Part shown: positions 61,480-64,000 of the stretch, piece by piece
Position numbering within the stretch: the first letter of the stretch is position 1
Layout: each line of letters begins with the position of its first letter
NCBI GenBank assembly: GCA_965655095.1
Contig: OZ296649.1
Location: 150,598,001 to 150,662,000, forward strand
Direction: 5' to 3'
DNA length: 64,000 nt
Source of the DNA: Haplodiscus bocki
Lineage: Eukaryota
Position numbers and translations under genes: made by a program
Notes under the pieces: generated by a model
Databases searched by the model: none
Told to the model about the DNA's origin: nothing
The model's input: only the letters and a program-made list of their open reading frames with translations

Positions 61480-61975
61480 TTGAACTCAGTGTTTTTCATT
61501 ATATCAGTTCTTTTATCCAAATAACTATTATAAATCTTTCTCATTTCATTAGCTTCTTTATCATCCATCTTTGTATCAACCAGCGATTGTTTCAATGTCT
61601 ATTCATAAAGTAAACTATTTATATTTATCCAATCTCGTAATTTAGTATGTCGTATTTTTAATTTTGAGATGTATTCATTAGTGATTAAAGTAGCTATCGA
61701 TGTAATCAGAGCTGTGCTGCTTGTTACAATAGCTACGCTTGGATTCAATGATGTTGTTTTTGCTGAACCAGATCTGATTAAAATTTCAGAAAAAATTAAA
61801 AATCTTTTCATTCAAATTTTTTTATTTCTTCCCATAATCATTATCAATCTTAAGTGATGTTAAAATATTCTCATAATCATGTTTATCTGTTTTATGTTGT
61901 AGTTCATTCAATTGATCATCTTCTGATTTTAATTTCAATAGTTCTGAGTCTCCATTCAAATTAGGATAAGCCGTT
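61480..61975 (-). pseudogene. GasderminX-like membrane protein remnant
   Basis: AYPNLNG..., hydrophobic SGSAKTTSLNPSVAIVTSSTALITSIATLI, then SLVDTKMDDKEA. Same architecture as 1754..2287. Confidence 0.5.
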
Positions 61976-62441
61976 TGTTAAAAAGAAAATACTATTCTAA
62001 TAATTGAACAGCAACATATTCTTCCAATATTCTCTGTCTATCTAATTTTTCCAAAGCGAGGTTCCTTTTTATATTTATTTCTTGATTCGTAACTTTGCTT
62101 TGTTTCAATATATCTGGATCTGTTGAGGATAACAGTAATATTAATGAACGTTCATGTTTAACGTCTTCAAACATTGTTGCAAAATGGTTTTCCTTTTATT
62201 TTTTGTGAATTCCTTCGAGAATTGATTCCTCTTGATCTTTTATATAATCAAGATAGTCTTTGTTTTGTTCATTTAATTTATTTTTGAACTGTTTATGAAG
62301 ACGATTAATATCATTTTAAAAAGAACCACTTTCTGTTAATTGATCAACATGTTCTTTAATTAACAACATTAATAACATTATTTTTCTCTAATCTCGGATT
62401 GATTCAAATAAATCTCTGAATTAATTTACATGATTCATATA

Positions 62442-62940
62442 TTAGACAGAATGTGTTATTTTAATGGTACTAAACCACATTTGTGCTAAAGCTGTATCGA
62501 TTCGATCATAAACTAGTTTAGTACCATAATTTGATTCTGTAAAATCTAAATTTAATAGAGTCCATTCTGTTGATGTAGTGCTGTGATAAGTATTTTTAGC
62601 AGTTATATATTTTGAATGCCATTGGCCATTCGGTAACAATAATTGAATTCAAAATCATTCGGTAACAATAATTGAATTCAAAATTGCCCCATTGATCTAA
62701 GATTATTACTTGGATCTGAGTATCTGTTATAATTAAAAGTGTATTTTAGTGATTTGAATGATATCTGTTCTTTCAAAACTAACGAGAACGTTTGATCCAA
62801 TATGATTACCACTTGATTCAATGTTTTTGAATCCCTAGGATAGATAGGATAGTTATAAACTTTGCAAATCGTTTTCAGTCATTGTATCATCTTTTAAATT
62901 CTGTTTCTTCATAAAAATTTTTTAAATTACGTATCGTCAT
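62442..62940 (-). pseudogene. Uncharacterised beta-rich Polinton ORF remnant (possible fibre head)
   Basis: TAAATG at 62940. VSFERTDIIQITKIHFNYNRYS...EWTLLNLDFTESNYGTKLVYDRIDTA. Confidence 0.45.
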
Positions 62941-62944
62941 TTAA

Positions 62945-64000
62945 ATAAATTCAACTCCCCTAATTTTATTTCCTTCAAAAACCATTTCAATTTCTCTGTT
63001 TTTTAGTATAACATAAAAATAAGCGTGTGTGGGATTTTCATCGTATCCTTCGAAAACCTAGTTTTCTTTGGTGTTACATAATCCGCTTGAATCCTTAAAT
63101 CAAATATTTGTATAGGATAATATGTCTTCATTTTATCATATGATATAATCGGAGATATTTGTTCACCAGGGTCTTCTTTATAGAATAAATTGGGATCTCT
63201 ATACGGGTTTAGATAATTATTTTCCGGGTAATTTATCTTCTTAGGATCTTTCGGATATTTAATACCATCGATTTCTGCAAAGTATTTTTCAACAGTAACA
63301 TTATCGAATATTGCGTTGTTGAATCTGTTGTTTGAAAGATTTCTAGCAGGATCTATGCGTTGTGTTTTCTGATGTGCTGCTATCAAACATGATGGAGCAA
63401 TGATATCTGATGCTGAGCTGATATCAAGTTGGATTTCTTTACCTGTTTTTACCGGTTTTCTATCAGTTGTCTATGACTCCAATGATAATGTAAAACTTTT
63501 CGTAATAGCTTCGTTGAAAATCCTGTGTGTTTCAGGGCTTGGAATTTTATTTGGTATATATGGAGATAGACTACTAATTGTAACATTAACAATCTCATCT
63601 CTTAGTGAAGTATAGAGAATATCTCATTTTCTGTTGCATGTATTTATTTCGAGTTCAAAACCAAGGCCCTTTGTTATTTTCTTGAATTATTTACAAACTC
63701 TAAAAATATGTTCTACAGGTAAATGTCCTCTTATATCTCCTCTGTTAGCTTCTGTATGGTTGTTAATAAGTATTTGTTTTAACGACGATTTGTTAATACT
63801 AGTCTCACTTTCATCGATAACATCAAAATAGAAGGATAAATCTCCATCTCTTTGTGTTAATAGTCTCATAATGGTTGATACTGGTCGAAATCTTTGTTCT
63901 GTTCTGTTTCAGTACCAGATGATGTTGAAATTCTAGCATCATGAATTGTGAAAGCAAAGGCGTTATTAACTAAGCTGATAACTTCGTTTGTCTTATCAGT
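62945..64000 (-). pseudogene. Double jelly-roll major capsid protein (partial, fragmented)
   Basis: GHLPVEHIF, LYIP..PSPET..IFNE, FDNVTVEKYFAEIDGIKYP, YPIQIFDLR are Polinton MCP-like motifs. Confidence 0.8.

Larger units (their letters stand above)
53393..64000 (-). mobile_element. Degraded Polinton/Maverick element B; continues beyond window
   Basis: Terminus AGTAGTT at 53393. Contains pPolB, integrase, HNH and MCP remnants. Confidence 0.9.

Overview
AT-rich eukaryotic (probably invertebrate animal) DNA dominated by endogenous viruses and transposons. (1) 1-~9927: right part of a young, nearly intact Polinton/Maverick (adintovirus-like) element. It encodes a packaging ATPase, two tandem penton-like genes, an adenain-type protease, membrane proteins, an HTH protein and two NCLDV-like paralogues. 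All 15 of its recognisable genes start in the context TAAATG. (2) 10332-14571: seven phase-compatible exons of a host C2-domain gene resembling CCDC33, with the Polinton apparently in one of its introns. (3) 14597-15779: internally deleted MULE with TIRs and TSD. (4) ~17250-22250: heavily decayed Polinton relic on the + strand, interrupted by interspersed repeats and ending in a ~175-bp degenerate tandem array with a perfect 32-bp hairpin. (5) 36528-50027: old 13.5-kb Gypsy-type LTR retroelement with gag-pol, a long accessory region, an env-like fusion glycoprotein and a RING-finger ORF. (6) 53393-64000: another degraded Polinton (pPolB, integrase, HNH nuclease, major capsid protein). All family assignments come from motif recognition by eye; no database searches were run.
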